Source of the DNA: Terriglobia bacterium
GTDB taxonomy: Bacteria; Acidobacteriota; Terriglobia; 20CM-2-55-15
Length of the DNA: 64,000 nt
Assembly (NCBI GenBank): GCA_965198225.1
Contig: CBDAOY010000009.1
Span: 672,001-736,000 of the forward strand
Direction: 5' to 3'
Shown here: positions 22,518 to 33,038 of the stretch, in pieces
Numbering within the stretch: the stretch's first letter is position 1
How the letters are laid out: every line of letters begins with the position of its first letter
Program-made: the position numbers and the translations under genes
Notes under the pieces: generated by a model
Told to the model about the DNA's origin: nothing
Databases searched by the model: none
What the model saw: the letters and a program-made list of their open reading frames with translations, nothing else

Positions 22518-24989
22518 ATGATAAAGCGCAGCACTGTCTCGCTGGCTGCAGTATTCGTGTGCCTGTTGGTCATGGCGGGGATCAATCTTGTCGGACAGCA
22601 GGCGACAGACAGCGCTGTCGGCATGGTCAGCGCGAACGACGTTCCGTTGTCCCCCGAGTCCCAACAGGCGATCGTCGACCAGTATTGTGTTTACTGTCAC
22701 GACGACGTCGAGATGGCCGGCAACATGACCATGTCCGGTCTGAACTTCACGCATGTCGAGGAAAGCGCCGAGCTGGCCGAGAAGATGATCGCCAAGCTGC
22801 GGCTGGGGATGATGCCGCCTGCCGGCATGAGCCGTCCCGCAGATGACACCCTCCTGGCGCTGGTGGAGACCCTGGAGTCGAACCTCGACGAGGCGGCCCG
22901 GGCCGCTCCCGATCCAGGAGCGCATCGGTTCCAGCGGCTCAGTCGCGCCGAATACGAGCGCGTAATCCACGACCTGCTGGCTCTGGATGTGGACGCGGGG
23001 AAGTGGCTCCCCGCCGACCTTTTAATGGGCGCCTTCGACAACCAGTCGGCCGCCCAGCCGTTCTCGCCGACGGTCCTGGATTCGTTCCTGAGAGCCGCCG
23101 CCGAGGTTGCGCGGTTGGCGGTCGGGAACCCCGAGGCCGCCTCCGCCACGACGAAGCACGTGAACCCGGAGCGGGTTTCGCAGCATGCCTGGGATCGGCT
23201 CGAAGGCGCGCCATTCGGGACTCGGGGTGGAATCGTGGTGACACACGACTTCCCCGCCGACGGAGAATACGTCTTCCACGTGAAAACCAAACAGGGGAGC
23301 GGGAATCAGACGGCTGTAGAGGATCTTGACATTTCCATCGACGGCGAGGGGGTTGCCCTGTTGATGCTCGAACACAACGCAGGGGGGCGCAAGCGTGATG
23401 ACGTCGGCATTTTGCTGGCCGACCTGGAGGCGCGGGTCGGCATCCAGACCGAGCCGATCTTCGTCCGTGCGGGCCAGCACACCGTGGCGGCGGCGTTCGT
23501 CAACCTCATCGACGGTCCGTACGAGGATCGGTTCAGTCCTGTCAGGTGGTCGGCCACCCATCCGATTACGAGCCAGCAGTACGGAATCACCGGGCTGACT
23601 CACCTCAGCGAGCTGTGGATCACCGGCCCCAGCAATGTGTCCGGAGTGTCCGAGACAGCGAGTCGCCAGAAGATTTTCACCTGCCGCCCGCCGTCGCCTG
23701 CCGAGGAGCGGCCCTGCGCCGAGTCGATTCTCACGGAGCTGGCGACCCAGGCGTACCGGCGACCGGTGACGCCGAAGGACGTGGCGGACGTGCTGTACTT
23801 CTACGACGAGGGGGCTGCTGAGGAGGGATTCGAACTGGGAGTGCGGCAGGGTTTGCAGTCGATCCTCGTATCGCCGGAGTTCCTGTTCCGCCTGGAGCGG
23901 GCGCCCGCGAGCGCCCGGCCGGGTGAGAGCTATCGACTGAGCGACGTCGAGCTCGCGACACGGCTCTCCTTCTTTCTGTGGGCCACGGGTCCGGATGAGG
24001 AGCTACTCGGGGTCGCCGCGAGCGGCCGGCTTTCGAACCCTGTCGTCCTTGAGGAGCAGGTCGAGCGGATGCTCGAGGATCCGCGGTCCGAGACGCTGGC
24101 CACCCGTTTCGCGCACCAGTGGCTGAGACTGGAGGACGTCGGGGAGATCTGGCCGCAAGCGTATCTCTTTCCGGATTTCACCGGACAGCTCGCCGACTCG
24201 CTGGTGCGGGAGACCGAGCTGCTCTTCCAGTACCTGGTCGAGGAGGACCGGCCCCTGTTCGAGCTCTTCGACGCCGACCACACCTACATGAACGAGCGTG
24301 TGGCCCAGCACTACGGAATCGAGGGGATCTACGGAGATGAATTCCGCCGCGTCGCCTACCCGGACGACCGGCGGCGGGGCGTTCTCAGCCACGGGAGCGT
24401 GCTGCACCTGACCTCCATGGCGGACCGGACGTCCCCGGTGCTGCGGGGCAAGTGGGTCTTGGAAGTGCTCTTAGGGTCGCCTCCGCCTCCGCCGCCGGAG
24501 AACGTTCCGGCCTTCGAGGATACTCCGGCGGTCGCAGAAGGCCGCCCTCTGAACACCCGCGAGCGGATGGAGGCACACCGCGAGAACCCGGCGTGTAACT
24601 CCTGCCACCGCTTCATGGATCCCATCGGCCTGGCTCTGGACAGCTTCGACGCCACCGGCAGGTGGCGGATCCGCGAGAACATGGTGCCGCTCGACACGAG
24701 CGGCGACTTCTACGACGGCACGCCGATCGGAACGCCCGGCGAGCTCGTCGGCGCTCTCCTGAAGCGTCCGATCCCGCTCGTGCGGCACTTCACGGAAAAC
24801 CTGTTGTCATATTCGCTCGGCCGGCCCGTGGAGTACTTCGACCAGCCGACGATTCGCGCGATCACCCGAGAGGCTGAAGCCAACGAATATCACATGTCGT
24901 CTTTCATCCTGGGAGTGGTGAAGAGCGACGCATTCCAGATGAAACGGATCGAACCGGCCGGGACCGAGGACCGAGCGGCCCGCAACTAA
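22518..24989 (+). CDS. DUF1592-family (DUF1587/1595/1592/1588/1585) c-type cytochrome-like protein
   Basis: CVYCH and CNSCH heme motifs, RLSRAEY, LVSPEFLFR, LATRLSFFLW, RTSPVLRGKWVL. Confidence 0.9.
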   Translation: MIKRSTVSLAAVFVCLLVMAGINLVGQQATDSAVGMVSANDVPLSPESQQAIVDQYCVYCHDDVEMAGNMTMSGLNFTHVEESAELAEKMIAKLRLGMMPPAGMSRPADDTLLALVETLESNLDEAARAAPDPGAHRFQRLSRAEYERVIHDLLALDVDAGKWLPADLLMGAFDNQSAAQPFSPTVLDSFLRAAAEVARLAVGNPEAASATTKHVNPERVSQHAWDRLEGAPFGTRGGIVVTHDFPADGEYVFHVKTKQGSGNQTAVEDLDISIDGEGVALLMLEHNAGGRKRDDVGILLADLEARVGIQTEPIFVRAGQHTVAAAFVNLIDGPYEDRFSPVRWSATHPITSQQYGITGLTHLSELWITGPSNVSGVSETASRQKIFTCRPPSPAEERPCAESILTELATQAYRRPVTPKDVADVLYFYDEGAAEEGFELGVRQGLQSILVSPEFLFRLERAPASARPGESYRLSDVELATRLSFFLWATGPDEELLGVAASGRLSNPVVLEEQVERMLEDPRSETLATRFAHQWLRLEDVGEIWPQAYLFPDFTGQLADSLVRETELLFQYLVEEDRPLFELFDADHTYMNERVAQHYGIEGIYGDEFRRVAYPDDRRRGVLSHGSVLHLTSMADRTSPVLRGKWVLEVLLGSPPPPPPENVPAFEDTPAVAEGRPLNTRERMEAHRENPACNSCHRFMDPIGLALDSFDATGRWRIRENMVPLDTSGDFYDGTPIGTPGELVGALLKRPIPLVRHFTENLLSYSLGRPVEYFDQPTIRAITREAEANEYHMSSFILGVVKSDAFQMKRIEPAGTEDRAARN

Positions 24990-25022
24990 ACACATCACCC
25001 AAGCGTTGAGGAGACTCAGACT

Positions 25023-26438
25023 ATGTCCTACATCACTGGAAAATACATACCCCGACGGACCTTTCTCCGCGGCGCCGGCGTCATGGTGGCGCTGCCGTTC
25101 ATGGAGTCGATGGTACCGGCCGCCCGAGCCTGGCAAGACCCCGCGTCGGAGAAGTTCACGCGCTTGATCGGCGTCGAGGAGTCGATGGGGTGCGCGGGCA
25201 GCAACGAGTGGGGTGACGAGCGGCACTTCTTCGCACCAGCGAAGGTCGGCCGCGACTTCGAGTTCATAGATGACAGCCATCTGAAGCCCCTCGAGTCGTT
25301 CCGGGACTACCTGACGGTCATCAGCGATACCGACGTCCGAATGGCGAGTTCCCTGACGCCCGACGAGATCGGCGGCGGCCACGATCGCGCGTCCGCGGTG
25401 TTCCTGACCCAGGCCCATCCGCTGCGCAAGTCGGGCGCGGTCTACCTCGGGAAGTCGCTGGACCAGTACCATGCGGACCGCTTCGGACAGGACACGGTGT
25501 TGCCCTCCCTCGAGCTGACCACCGAGCTGGGGGGGCCTGGCGGTTGCGAATACAGCTACCACTGCGCGTACGGGACGACCATCGCCTGGGCGGGTCCCAC
25601 CGAACCGCTTCAGCCCGTCGCCGATCCGAGGACGGTGTTCGAGCAGCTCTTCGGCGTCGGTGACTCGGCCGCGGACCGTGCTGCCCGGCGGCAGACGACC
25701 GGGAGCCTGCTCGACTGGGTCGGGACGAAGCTGGCCGATCTGAAGAGGGAGCTGGGTGCGACCGACCGTCGGGCCCTGGACCAGTACACGACCCACATCC
25801 GCGAGATGGAGCGGAGGATCCAGCTGGTCGAGGCGCAGAACAACAGCGGCGAGGAGCGGGCGATGCCGGAGGCGCCCTCGGGCGTTCCCGACCGGTGGGA
25901 GGATCACATGCAGTTGATGTTCGACCTCCAGCTGGTGGCGTTCCAGGCGGACCTCACGCGGGTGATCACCTTCAAGCCGGGAGCCGACCGCTCGAGCATG
26001 ACCTTCCCCGAGAGCGGAACGAACAAACCATGGCACTCGGCGTCGCACCACGGAAACACGCCCGATGGCATCATGGCCTACCTCATGATCAACCGGTACC
26101 GCCTGGGTCAGTTCGCTTACTTCCTGGACAAGCTGAAGAACACGATGGAGGGTGACGCTTCCCTGCTGGACAAGACCGCCATCGTCTGGGGTTCGGCGAT
26201 GGGGGACGGGAACCCCCACAACAACATTCGCTGCCCGCTGCTGATGATGGGGCACGCGAACGGAGCGCTGGAGGGCAACCTCCACCTGAGGGCCGAGAGG
26301 GGGACGCCGATGGCGAACGCGTTCCTGACCCTGATGCATCGAATGGGACACGACGACATGGAGTTCTTCGGTGACAGCACGGGCGAGTTCCCGGTGACCT
26401 TCCCCGGGGAGTCGGTGGATTCGAGGGGGGCGGCATGA
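25023..26438 (+). CDS. DUF1552 family protein with twin-arginine signal
   Basis: IPRRTFLRGAG, AFQADLTRVITF, WHSASHH, MGDGNPH. Confidence 0.9.
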   Translation: MSYITGKYIPRRTFLRGAGVMVALPFMESMVPAARAWQDPASEKFTRLIGVEESMGCAGSNEWGDERHFFAPAKVGRDFEFIDDSHLKPLESFRDYLTVISDTDVRMASSLTPDEIGGGHDRASAVFLTQAHPLRKSGAVYLGKSLDQYHADRFGQDTVLPSLELTTELGGPGGCEYSYHCAYGTTIAWAGPTEPLQPVADPRTVFEQLFGVGDSAADRAARRQTTGSLLDWVGTKLADLKRELGATDRRALDQYTTHIREMERRIQLVEAQNNSGEERAMPEAPSGVPDRWEDHMQLMFDLQLVAFQADLTRVITFKPGADRSSMTFPESGTNKPWHSASHHGNTPDGIMAYLMINRYRLGQFAYFLDKLKNTMEGDASLLDKTAIVWGSAMGDGNPHNNIRCPLLMMGHANGALEGNLHLRAERGTPMANAFLTLMHRMGHDDMEFFGDSTGEFPVTFPGESVDSRGAA

Positions 26439-28357
26439 ATCCAGGAAGAGGGACGTGCCTGACCGCTGCGGTCCTCGCAATCGCCCTGCTCATCGGAACC
26501 GTCGCGGCGGCCGACTTGCCGCTCCTGGACGCGACGAAGCGGGGTGACGCGGCGGCGGTCCGGTCGCTCATCGCGGACGGAGCGGATCCGAACGCGACCC
26601 GCGGAGACGGTCTGACCGCGCTGCACCTGGCAGCCGAGGCAGGCAACCTCGAGATCGCCAGGCTCTTGATCGGCGCGGGGGCCCAGGTCGCGGCGGCGAC
26701 GCGCATCGGCGGCTACATGCCGATACACCTCGCCAGCGGGGCCGCTCAGGCGTCTGTTGTCGGCGCGCTCCTTGAGGCCGGCGCCGACCCGAACGCGGTG
26801 ACGACAGGCAGCCGTGTGACGCCACTCCACCTCGCCGCGAAAGCGTTCGATGGCGAGAGCACGGTCCGGGTTCTGCTGGAGCACGGTGCACCCGTCAACG
26901 CCCTGGAGGCTTCGGCCGGGCAGACGCCGTTGATGTTCGCGGCGTCCTACGGCCGCACGGAATCAGTCCGCGAGCTCCTCGGCCACGGCGCGGATACGGC
27001 GATCAGCACGGAAGTCGTCGATGTGTTGAAGAGAATGGTCATCGACCAGGCTGCGCAGGCACGCCTGCAGGAGGCGCAGAAGGAGATCCTCGAGAGCTCT
27101 CCCGAGGGAGCGGACCGGGTTTTGACCGCCACGGAGGCGCAGGCGGCCATCGCCGCCCAGCGCGAGTTCCTGCGCTCGGAAGAGGCGATCGAGAAGTTGC
27201 TCGTGGACTTCCATCCCGACGATGTGGCGAACCGCCGAAAGTACAGGGCGACCGAAGTCGAGTACCTGGCACGACCGTGGTTTGAGACGCTGGTCGGGAA
27301 GACGGGCGGTCTGACGGCGCTGCTGCACGCGGCCCGCGAAGGCCACATCGAAACGGCGGAGGTTCTCCTGGACGCCGGAGCCGACATCAACCAGATCAGC
27401 GGCGGCGACGGAAGCAGTCCCCTGGTCAGCGCCGTGCAGAACGGTCACTTCGACCTGGCGCTGGTGCTGATCGAGCGCGGCGCGGATCCGAACCTCGCCA
27501 CACACACCGACCGGGTCGCAGCGCTCCTTGGTGTGTTGCAGACTCAGTGGGCGAACTTTACCAGTTACCCGGTGCCCCGGGCGCACGAGTACCAGAAGAG
27601 CGGCTACATGGACGTACTGCGCGCGCTGCTGGAGGCGGGCGCCGACCCGAACGTGGCGACCACGAGACACCTGTGGTACTGGGAATTCGTTGTCGGGCGG
27701 GTCGGGCTCGACGTCAACGGTCTCACCCCGTTCTGGCGTGCCGCCTTCGCGCTGGATATCGAGGCGATGAAGTTGCTGGCGGCATACGGTGCCGACCCGA
27801 ACATTCCGACCCGGTGGGACGAGGTCGGCATGAGGGGTACGCGGCAGGAGGACGGGCGATCCGGGGATGACTCCGGGCTGCCGCCGTTTACCAAGGGCAC
27901 GGCCAACATGTATCCCATACACGCCGCGGCGGGGGGCGGTTGGCTCGGGTTCGTAGCCGTCGACATGCGGCAGATTCCGGACAACTTCTTCAATACGGTG
28001 AAGTACCTGGTCGAGGAGCATGGCGCGGACGTCAACGTGCCCCACTCCTGGGGCTACACGCCGCTTCACTATGCGGCGGCCAGGGGCGACCACGAGCTCA
28101 TCGACTATCTGCTGTCGAAGGGCGCCGAGTTGAACGCAGTCAGCCGGCTTGGCCAAACGCCGGTCGATATGGCCCGCGGCGGCGGAGCCGGATACCACCG
28201 TCGTTCGCCGATGCCGGAGACCGTGGAGTACCTGTTGAGCCTCGGCGCCGAGCTCAAGTGTATCGACACCCACTTCCGGGGCACCGGAGCCTGGTGCGCG
28301 GGCGCCGGCGTGCCGCCGTTCGAGGGAGCGATCATAACGCTGCCACCTCCCAAATAG
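26435..28357 (+). CDS. secreted ankyrin-repeat protein
   Basis: Repeated G.TALHLAA / LL.AGADPN units; signal peptide; overlaps the DUF1552 stop. Confidence 0.9.
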   Translation: MNPGRGTCLTAAVLAIALLIGTVAAADLPLLDATKRGDAAAVRSLIADGADPNATRGDGLTALHLAAEAGNLEIARLLIGAGAQVAAATRIGGYMPIHLASGAAQASVVGALLEAGADPNAVTTGSRVTPLHLAAKAFDGESTVRVLLEHGAPVNALEASAGQTPLMFAASYGRTESVRELLGHGADTAISTEVVDVLKRMVIDQAAQARLQEAQKEILESSPEGADRVLTATEAQAAIAAQREFLRSEEAIEKLLVDFHPDDVANRRKYRATEVEYLARPWFETLVGKTGGLTALLHAAREGHIETAEVLLDAGADINQISGGDGSSPLVSAVQNGHFDLALVLIERGADPNLATHTDRVAALLGVLQTQWANFTSYPVPRAHEYQKSGYMDVLRALLEAGADPNVATTRHLWYWEFVVGRVGLDVNGLTPFWRAAFALDIEAMKLLAAYGADPNIPTRWDEVGMRGTRQEDGRSGDDSGLPPFTKGTANMYPIHAAAGGGWLGFVAVDMRQIPDNFFNTVKYLVEEHGADVNVPHSWGYTPLHYAAARGDHELIDYLLSKGAELNAVSRLGQTPVDMARGGGAGYHRRSPMPETVEYLLSLGAELKCIDTHFRGTGAWCAGAGVPPFEGAIITLPPPK

Positions 28358-28375
28358 CGCCAGCCTTCCACAGGT

Positions 28376-28397
28376 GTAGGTGCGTCTATGACCGCAC
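28376..28397 (+). repeat. GTAG-type REP sequence (copy 1)
   Basis: GTAG-GTGCGTC-TAT-GACCGCAC; near-identical to the copy at 62013. Confidence 0.7.
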
Positions 28398-28694
28398 ATC
28401 CCCTGATTTGAGTGGATTACCTGCAGTTCTCTGAGGGGCCCGGGATGAAATTCCCCGGGCCCTGCCAATTTCTACAAGGCTATACGGGAGCTTCTGGGGA
28501 ATTTCCGGGGGTAATCAGCCGAGCCCTGCCGCACCGTTCCTTCAGTTCTTCAAACCAACTTCACCACTGCGACGACGGCAGTGATCGGCAGACCGCTCGC
28601 GCAGAGGCACCCGGTCGATCAAGACACGCGTTTCGTAAATTGACGCGTCCATTGAAAGAAACCGACCGATCTTAGATGCTATGCTTTCTCCCAC

Positions 28695-28781
28695 GGAGGA
28701 ATGGCCGAGCGGTCGAAGGCGGTGGTCTTGAAAACCACTGTACCCGGAAGGGTACCGGGGGTTCGAATCCCTCTTCCTCCG
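28695..28781 (+). tRNA. tRNA-Ser (anticodon TGA), CCA not encoded
   Basis: GGAGGAA/TTCCTCC acceptor stem, anticodon loop CTTGAAA, long variable arm, GTTCGAATCC T-loop. Confidence 0.95.
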
Positions 28782-29016
28782 TTATTATATTAATATAAAT
28801 TAGTGATTCAATTGAGATTAGTATTTAATTAAATAATGTAATCTCCCTTTAGATCACCCTTTGTTGATTTGGTGCCGGTCATCGGATTCAAGTCCGCCGG
28901 GGCAACATCACCTCCCCGGTTCTGATGTCGTCTAAGGCACTTTCGACACTTGAATGATGGTTCACTGGTGTTCGCCTTCTCGACCCATACCTGACGCGTT
29001 TATCACGCCTTTTTCC

Positions 29017-29058
29017 GTCAATAATATACTTGACTCAGTACGACCTCTCTGGTAAAAT
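29017..29058 (+). promoter_or_regulatory. IS1595 left end containing the transposase promoter
   Basis: GTCAATAATATACTTGAC (13/18 match to the 34840 arm); TTGACT-N17-TAAAAT just before ATG 29068. Confidence 0.65.
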
Positions 29059-29067
29059 CTCTTCGTT

Positions 29068-30027
29068 ATGAAGAAGAACCAACCGAAGACACTTCAAGAA
29101 GCCATCATTTACTTCGCCGACGAGGGCAACGCGATTGAGTACTTGCGCTCTCGTCGCTGGCCTGACAGCAAAGCTATCTGTCCGATCTGCGGTTCTGATG
29201 ACGTTCGCTATATTTCGACCCGCCGCCTGTGGGAGTGCAAAGCGAGGCACCTGAAGCGCCAGTTCAGCATTAAGGTTGGAACGATTTTTGAAGGTTCGCC
29301 GATCAAGCTTTCCAAGTGGATGTGTGCCGTCTGGATGCTTACGAATTGCAAGAACGGTGTTTCGTCCTACGAAATTCATCGCGCGCTCGGTGTAACCCAA
29401 AAGACCGCGTGGTTCATGCTTCAACGCATTCGCTTGGCAATGCAGGATGAAGACGACGGTGGCACACTTGACGGAGAGGTCGAGGTCGATGAAACATTTA
29501 TCGGCGGCAAGGCGCGAAACATGCACAAGGATAAGCGCGCAAAGAAGATTACTGGAACCGGCGGTAAGGACAAGGCGATTGTATTCGGAATGCTGGAACG
29601 GGGAGGACGGGCGAAGGCCAAAGTTATCAAGAGTCGCAAGCGCTACGAATTGCAAGCGGAGATTCGCAAGACCGTTCGATCTGGATCGTCTATCTTCAGC
29701 GACGAACTGAAGTCCTATGATGGCCTCGCGACCGACTACGAGCATGCCGTCATCAATCACGCAGTCAAGTATGCGGACGGGAATGTGCACACGAACGGCA
29801 TGGAAAACTTCTGGTCGCTTTTGAAGCGTGGTCTTCGTGGAACCTACGTTTCGGTCGAGCCGTTCCATTTATTTCGTTACCTTGATGAACAATGCTTCCG
29901 CTTTAACTTCCGTAAGGACTGGAACGACGCGGAACGCTTTGACATCGTTCTCGGCCGGGTTGCCAACAAGAAGCTAACCTATGCCGAACTCACCGGCGCA
30001 GACGGCAAAAAACAAGCCGTCGTCTAA
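29068..30027 (+). mobile_element. IS1595-family (ISXO2-like) DDE transposase
   Basis: Zn ribbon CPIC...WECK, TAWFMLQRIR, VEVDETFIGG, SDE...Y, HTNGMENFWSLLKRG. Confidence 0.93.
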
Positions 30028-30179
30028 ATACGCTCGCCAGAAGCGCGGGAAGCGGCGGAAGTCTTAGCAGATTTCCGCTTTTTCTTTGCCTTTTTGTCAG
30101 CAGCGAGTCTTCGCTGTAATTCTGCATAGGACACGGTGAGCAATCGCCTTACTGCTTTGTCAAAGCGTTCGCTGTCCAT
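30024..30179 (-). CDS. small basic protein convergent with the IS1595 transposase
   Basis: MDSERFDKAVRRLLTVSYAELQRRLAADKKAKKKRK...; its stop overlaps the transposase stop. Confidence 0.55.
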   Translation of the reverse strand: MDSERFDKAVRRLLTVSYAELQRRLAADKKAKKKRKSAKTSAASRASGERI

Positions 30180-30199
30180 CTTGCCAGATACACGTAGTT

Positions 30200-31576
30200 T
30201 CACTCGGACTCCCAGTCTTGAGAAAACGATGGTATCCGCTCTCTCGCAACCTGCTTCTGGTAGTCGGTGACTATGGTTTTGACCAAATCGGTAACCCATG
30301 TCTCTTCTCTGAGCTTTCCGCGATAGTCAAAATCGTCACCGTATTGCTTTACTTCGGCGTTGATGTCAATTACGACATCCCTTAGAAGCGTCCGAATACA
30401 CTTCCTGAACCTGTCGCGGTTGCCTTCAAGCCGCACGAACTTATCCGGACCTCTAATGGCCTGTGCGCCAACAGCATCTTCCTCTAACAATTCCCGAACG
30501 ACATACATAAGCAGATAGCGCGTTAGCGCATATTTGCCAAACAGGGTGTTCTTTATACTCTTCGAGGCCACGTCGATCTCTTCTCTTAGAACTTGGCACA
30601 GCGCAATTCTGTCAGCGGTAACCTCCGGCCTTCCGAACAATGCACCGTGCTTGTCATCAAAGACCTGATACTTTCTATGCGTGCCCCAAGGTTCCTTTAA
30701 GTCAAAGGCCATCAGATAGAGTCCAGCGTCCTCGTTCGATATTAATACGCCATCCTTCGGTGCCTCGCCGCGCTTTATCTCATACTGATAGATGCCGCTG
30801 TAGAGCTGTGAGAACTCGTTTTGAAGCCGTATCTGGGGTGAACTGTTGGCCTTGAAGTCTCTCGGCTTAACGCCGTTCTGATTGTTCGAGAACTCAGTAA
30901 TCTGCTTGGCAAGAGACGATGTAGGTTCTACTTTTATAAACTTTGTGAGCACGTAGAGATTGTCGGTAACACCCTTTTGATTGACGAAAAGCGACGTAAG
31001 GCTCTGACATCCGTTTACGACGAAATAGTCGGATATTGTCAACTTCTCGTTGGTGGCTTCAATCTCACCGGCTATTATCGTTATGCCGTTATGGAAAAGC
31101 GGGAACTTCTTATGAAGTTGCGGATCTCGCACACTTGCTGCGATAGCCTTATTCACGTTCGTTTTTCCCAGCGGCCCCCTGACGTTATGAACAAACAATG
31201 CTTGATTTGATATCCCGTCGAGCTTAATCAGTTCACGTGCCAGCACCGGAGCGATAAAAGTTTTACTATCCGCATCGACGGTGTATTCCGTGATCTGGAA
31301 GCCGGATACATCGAAGCTGATGGGTGTGTGAATGGGCGCATCTCTTTCATCGGATATATATGTCGCCGTTAGAACATCTCGACCGATGAACAACATTGAT
31401 GAAGTCTGGTCCAAGTATGCGGTGCCATTGGCGTCAAGACCGATGTTAGATAAGAACTCGGCACGTAGTTCGTACTCATCAACCTTGTTAATGATTCCGA
31501 GCCGATCAGCTAGAGCGGCGATCTGCGCCTTCCCCGCACCGGCAATCAACTTGCGGATACTCTCTGCATCCCGAAA
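30200..31576 (-). pseudogene. AIPR (abortive infection phage resistance) family protein, 5'-truncated
   Basis: LFVHNVRGPLG, FPLFHNGITI, VVNGCQS, NNQNGVKPRDF; the frame begins at a junction at about 31577 without a proper start. Confidence 0.85.
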
Positions 31577-32473
31577 CTAGAACCTTGCTCCTCATAGCGA
31601 GCGAGTTCTCAACGATGAGGTCAAGAGCCTGGAGCTGGAAACAGTGCACGAAGAATCAGCTCCTGGTAGATAGTTACAGATCTGCTTCAATTTGGTAAGA
31701 ATTGCGAGCAAAGCTCCATGTTGGCCGGGCTGCCGAGCTCTCTCGGTCCATACTCGTTCGTACTCATGTAGCTGGTCTCCCTCGAGCTCTAGCTCGATCG
31801 TCTGGTCGATTCGGTCGGGCAACTCGGGCAGTGCGGTCGCGACAGTGCGACGCAAGAAGAAAGGGGAGATACTGCGATGGACTTGCTCGAGGGGGAAGGA
31901 CTTCGAGAGGAGGCCGGGCTTGACGAATGAGAACACACCACCCAGGTCCTCAGGACGATTCTCAAGTGGGGTCCCAGTGAGCGCCCAGGAACGCTCACGG
32001 GGAATTGTCGTGCATGCGAGCCCGGTTTGCGAAGCGCGGTTCTTTATCCGCTGAGCCTCGTCGAGGACGATTAGGTTGAACACCTCTCGCCGCCCAAAGA
32101 GGTCAGCGTCGGATCGAATCTGGTCATACGTGGCGATGAGAAGCGGTATGGGGAGGAGGTACTGGGCCCCTCGGGCATTCCGACTCCCTTCAACCAACCG
32201 GGCTCTTAGATCCGGTACCCAAACATCGAATTCCCGTTTCCAGTTTCGTCTCAGCGACTTGGGAACAACCAGCAGGACACGCCGCAGCAGTGCCAACTTC
32301 TCCAACACGGAAATGGCAATGATGCATTGCACTGTCTTACCGAGGCCCATGTCGTCAGCCAAGAGGGCCGAATCGCGTTGGGCCAAGAAAACGACGCCGC
32401 CTAGCTGATACTGGCGGAGCCCGAATGGCAGTTCCAGCGAGGAGACTGCGCGCACAATCTCGGCCTCGTTCAT
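31577..32473 (-). pseudogene. SNF2-type helicase, N-terminal ATPase domain only
   Basis: LLADDMGLGKT, VLDEAQRIKN, LTGTPLEN, LTKLKQICN; frameshifted continuation ...SKVLV is fused to AIPR. Confidence 0.85.
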
Positions 32474-33038
32474 TTCTCCTCTATGACTACTGCTCGCCCA
32501 CACCCGTGTGGTTATGCGTTCGCTACAGTGGAACGACTCGACAGTCGGACGTAACATCGGCCAAATGATACCCGCTATTCCCTGATCGGCACACCCCATT
32601 TACCCCCCACCTGTGAACCGGTTCCGATTTCTCGCACAAGAGTGCGGCTTAATCAGGGTGCCCGGCCCAGTCACGGTCTATCAGCTCCAGGACTTCAAGG
32701 GCTTCCTGGACGTCGTGCTCGAGACCGTGATCGGGGCCGCCTGCACCGCCGAGACCGAGCTGCAGGTCGAGCAGGTCGTGCTCCGCATCCATGCGGACCC
32801 TGAGCCGCCTCACAGCGCGACAGCCGACTTCGATCAGATGTCATTGTGATCGAACACCCTCTGAGTCCATCTTGTGTTCCCTCAACCCCTGCAACTCTCA
32901 GCGATCGCCGACTGATCGCTGCCGAACCGGTTGATTGCGGTGAACGCGCCCTGCACCCTGCAGCACGAAGAGGCTCGGATAGCGGTGGATCCAGCCGACA
33001 GCGCTCCAAGGCTCAGAAGATATAGGGAAAGGCGCGAA

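Noticed and set aside
2267-28468. Long antisense or alternative-frame ORFs (e.g. 2267-3256, 5102-6478, 6742-8538, 12483-13778, 24807-26480, 26963-28468)
   Set aside because: Shadows of well-supported genes in GC-rich DNA, with no recognisable motifs
28695-28781. tRNA-Sec or suppressor tRNA
   Set aside because: The anticodon is TGA (reads UCA, Ser), not TCA
32613-33038. Short ORF fragments between SNF2 and the repressor copy
   Set aside because: Probably gene remnants, but no family could be assigned
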